A stretch of DNA of 64,000 nt from Podarcis cretensis (lineage: Eukaryota), in contig OX638155.1 of the NCBI GenBank assembly GCA_951804945.1, positions 47,740,001 through 47,804,000 of the forward strand, read 5' to 3'. The notes under the pieces are model-generated. The model saw only the letters and a program-made list of their open reading frames with translations, made no database searches and had not been told where the DNA came from. The position numbers and the translations under genes are program-made. Shown here piece after piece: positions 61,668 to 64,000 of this stretch (its first letter is position 1; each line of letters starts with the position of its first letter).

Positions 61668-61822
61668 GAATATGAAAACTTAGCTGCCCAGCTGGATGGC
61701 GCAAGGAAGGACCTAAGTGAAAAACTGAAGAGCCAGTCTTTATCGGCCAGCAAGGAACCTCTAGTAGTGAGAGCAGAAGAGCATGCCAACTTTTTACAAG
61801 ACCTGGCAAGAAAACTGGATGA
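61668..61822 (+). CDS. LAMA3: LAMA3 exon ~50 (EYENLAAQLDGAR...LQDLARKLD)
   Basis: tcag|GAA...GA|gtatgt, 155 nt, phase 0->2. Confidence 0.94.
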
Positions 61823-63137
61823 GTATGTTTTCATTTTTGCATATGAATAGCTAGATACCGTGTATCTTGCTAAAGAGCATTGTATACTGTATTGTGCTAA
61901 AGGTAAACGGCGAAGGCAAAAGAAGAGGAACTTGTTATTTATATGTGAGAGCTGATTCATGGATCAAATGGGAGAGGTTCTTATACTGAATCATGTTCTA
62001 AACCCCTTTTCCTGCCCTTCAAGCCCACACCAGCAGGAAGGAAGGTGAACATTCAGACCCAACTCCAGCAGCCAGCATGGTAGGACAAATGTCAGGGTCC
62101 TAAAGGACCCACCGCAACTGACACCAGTCTCTTTTTTTGTGTCCTCCTGCCTTTTGAAGTATTTGGGGCCCAGCATTCTAAAGAAAAGAGGTAGTTGCAG
62201 CCTCTTCCATGTTTAATTTCTGTGGCACCCCTGATATAGGGACCAGAGGCATTCTGAGGAAATTAAGATGGCAGCTGCTTCACCTGGAGCTTCCCTTCAG
62301 AGCACTGGGTTGCCTCCTGCAGCCCCTTCCCACTTGTAGGGTGGGGATGGGGAACCAGGGCGGTACTTGCCCAGGGTCCCATAAAACTGGTGCCAAACCT
62401 GCAGGCATGCTCCCTTCAGATGATACCTGTGTATCAGTCATTTTCCAGAACATGACCATATCTTTAGAATGCCAGAGGGGTTCTGATTTTTGACCGAATC
62501 TACACATTGCACTGTAAATTTGCCAGCCTAAATTAAACACTGAACCAGCTAAAGGGAAGCATGCTTAAGTCTCACTGCTTTCAGTGGGAAAGTAAAGCCA
62601 GCATTTAACTAGATGGAACTGGTGGGATTTGAAAGTGTTTTGCTTTGACCAGGAGTGCCAGCCTGGCCCCATGGGTACCCGGAGCCGTGGGTGTCATGCA
62701 GTGTGCATGGCCCTGGCACTGAAATTTGTGGGTGCTTGGGCACTCAGTGAGTTGGCACCTATGGCTTTGGCTGTCTCTCATTCTTTCTCTTCTTTCATAG
62801 AAGTGTGTGTGTGTGTGTTTCAGTTTTAAATTCTGATTTAAGAGCTAACCTCTGCGGTTTTCATGTAAACATTTCTTGGGGATTGGAGTGGTCTCTTTGA
62901 TCTACAGCCTCATAAGAGTTTCCTCATGACATGAATTCTCAAGGTAAAAAAGGAACATCAGCAGCAGAGTGTCCCTACCCAAAAATGGCACCTTAAAGTA
63001 CCATCTATTGGACCACTTGTGTATGATGTATACTTTTCTGTCGGGCATTTGTGAGCAAATGCCACCAAAAGAGCAACCAAAAATATTTTCACCATACATG
63101 GTCCAGATTGCTAGATTTTCTGCTTTTCTACCCACAG

Positions 63138-63279
63138 GATCAAGAAAAATGTCAGCGATGACGAGCTGGTGTCCTGTTCTGTAGCAGCAGCTACTGCCTA
63201 CGATGACATTATTGATGCCATCAAAGCAGCAGAGGTTGCTGCCAACAGTGCATCCAATGCTGCAGACTCAGCTTTATCG
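63138..63279 (+). CDS. LAMA3: LAMA3 exon ~51 (IKKNVSDDELVSCSVAAATAYDDII...ADSALS)
   Basis: acag|G...TCG|gtaaaa, 142 nt, phase 2->0. Confidence 0.93.
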
Positions 63280-64000
63280 GTAAAAGTATTCTGAAATCAC
63301 ATCAGAATTGTTTTTTAGGCATTGGATTTATTTCATCTTATTTTAAATATAATGCCCAGCCCTTAAGGTACAACCTGACAGCCTGCCTGTTAGCTGAAGT
63401 TAGCCTTGGAGGAAAGCCTGCTTCCACCTCTCCTCTTCCAGAATCTCTTTGGTCCCACCCCTCTCTCCTGCCTGCTGTCACCAGGATTCTTATTGGGCCT
63501 CATAGCAGGTGGGAAAGGAGAATGGGCAGAGGAACCGCTGAAGCACCAGAGTGGGAGACACCGCCCTGCTCCTTCTTGTTGTCTCTGTTCTCTTAAGGTG
63601 CTTAGGCTAGAACATGGCAACTCTTAACTGGGTATTTAGAGGGCTTGTATTCAAATTCACAACTTAGTATCTTTCATGATTTGGAATGCTACCGTTGCAA
63701 ATATGCTACACACATACGGGTTTGTTTGTTTAATGCAGTTAAAAGCAGTGATTGATTGATGAAAAGTGAGTTAATAGCACTCCAGACTCATCAGGGAGAT
63801 AGAATGGGAAGCTTTGATCCTAATCTTACATATCTGAGGGCTGCCTACATTTTGTTCAGCTTAGCTGTGATTTTTTTTTTTATAAAAAAGACACCATCTC
63901 ATTTCATCATTACTTTAGATATTATAGACCTAATCCAGGCAGATTCACAATAGGTTCCAAGGCAACACTCTGACAATTCTCCAAGCATTTCATATTCTGA

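Larger units (their letters stand above)
1556..63279 (+). other. LAMA3: LAMA3 gene, internal part (about exons 14-51 of alpha3B; both gene ends lie outside the window)
   Basis: 38 GT-AG exons with consistent phases and no stops. Peptides such as [46 protein letters not shown] and CDSCVITLLKDL match recalled laminin alpha-3. An internal alpha3A first exon is present, which is specific to LAMA3. Confidence 0.97.

Noticed and set aside
1556-63279. Assignment of the gene as LAMA5
   Set aside because: The internal alpha3A first exon, the short LEc region leading straight into CDSC and the coiled coil, and nearly all exon peptides match LAMA3. Only exon 20a and one Cys look LAMA5-like.

Overview
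Vertebrate genomic DNA, most likely from a lacertid lizard (inferred from the Sauria/Squam1-type SINEs). The whole window lies inside the laminin subunit alpha-3 gene (LAMA3) on the + strand. I hand-traced 38 consecutive GT-AG exons (1556-63279) that splice in one open frame; they correspond to about exons 14-51 of the long alpha3B isoform (numbering by analogy to human, from memory). They run from the LEa repeats through L4a/LF, LEb, L4b and LEc into the coiled coil. Intron 38 holds the alternative first exon of the short alpha3A isoform (37510-37671), with a TATA-like box, AP-1 sites and a p63-like site upstream. The most interesting observation is an extra intact exon (11000-11138) 224 nt upstream of canonical exon 20 (11363-11492). 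It has the same splice phases and resembles the equivalent exon of the paralog LAMA5. Joining the two exons creates a TAA stop exactly at the junction, so they look like a mutually exclusive pair. Introns carry Sauria SINEs, tRNA-SINEs, CR1/L1/L2 fragments (some nested), Tc1/mariner and hAT MITEs, Penelope-like remnants with decayed hammerhead motifs, and a tailless 5S rRNA retropseudogene. All comparisons to human proteins and repeat consensuses are from memory, not from database searches.
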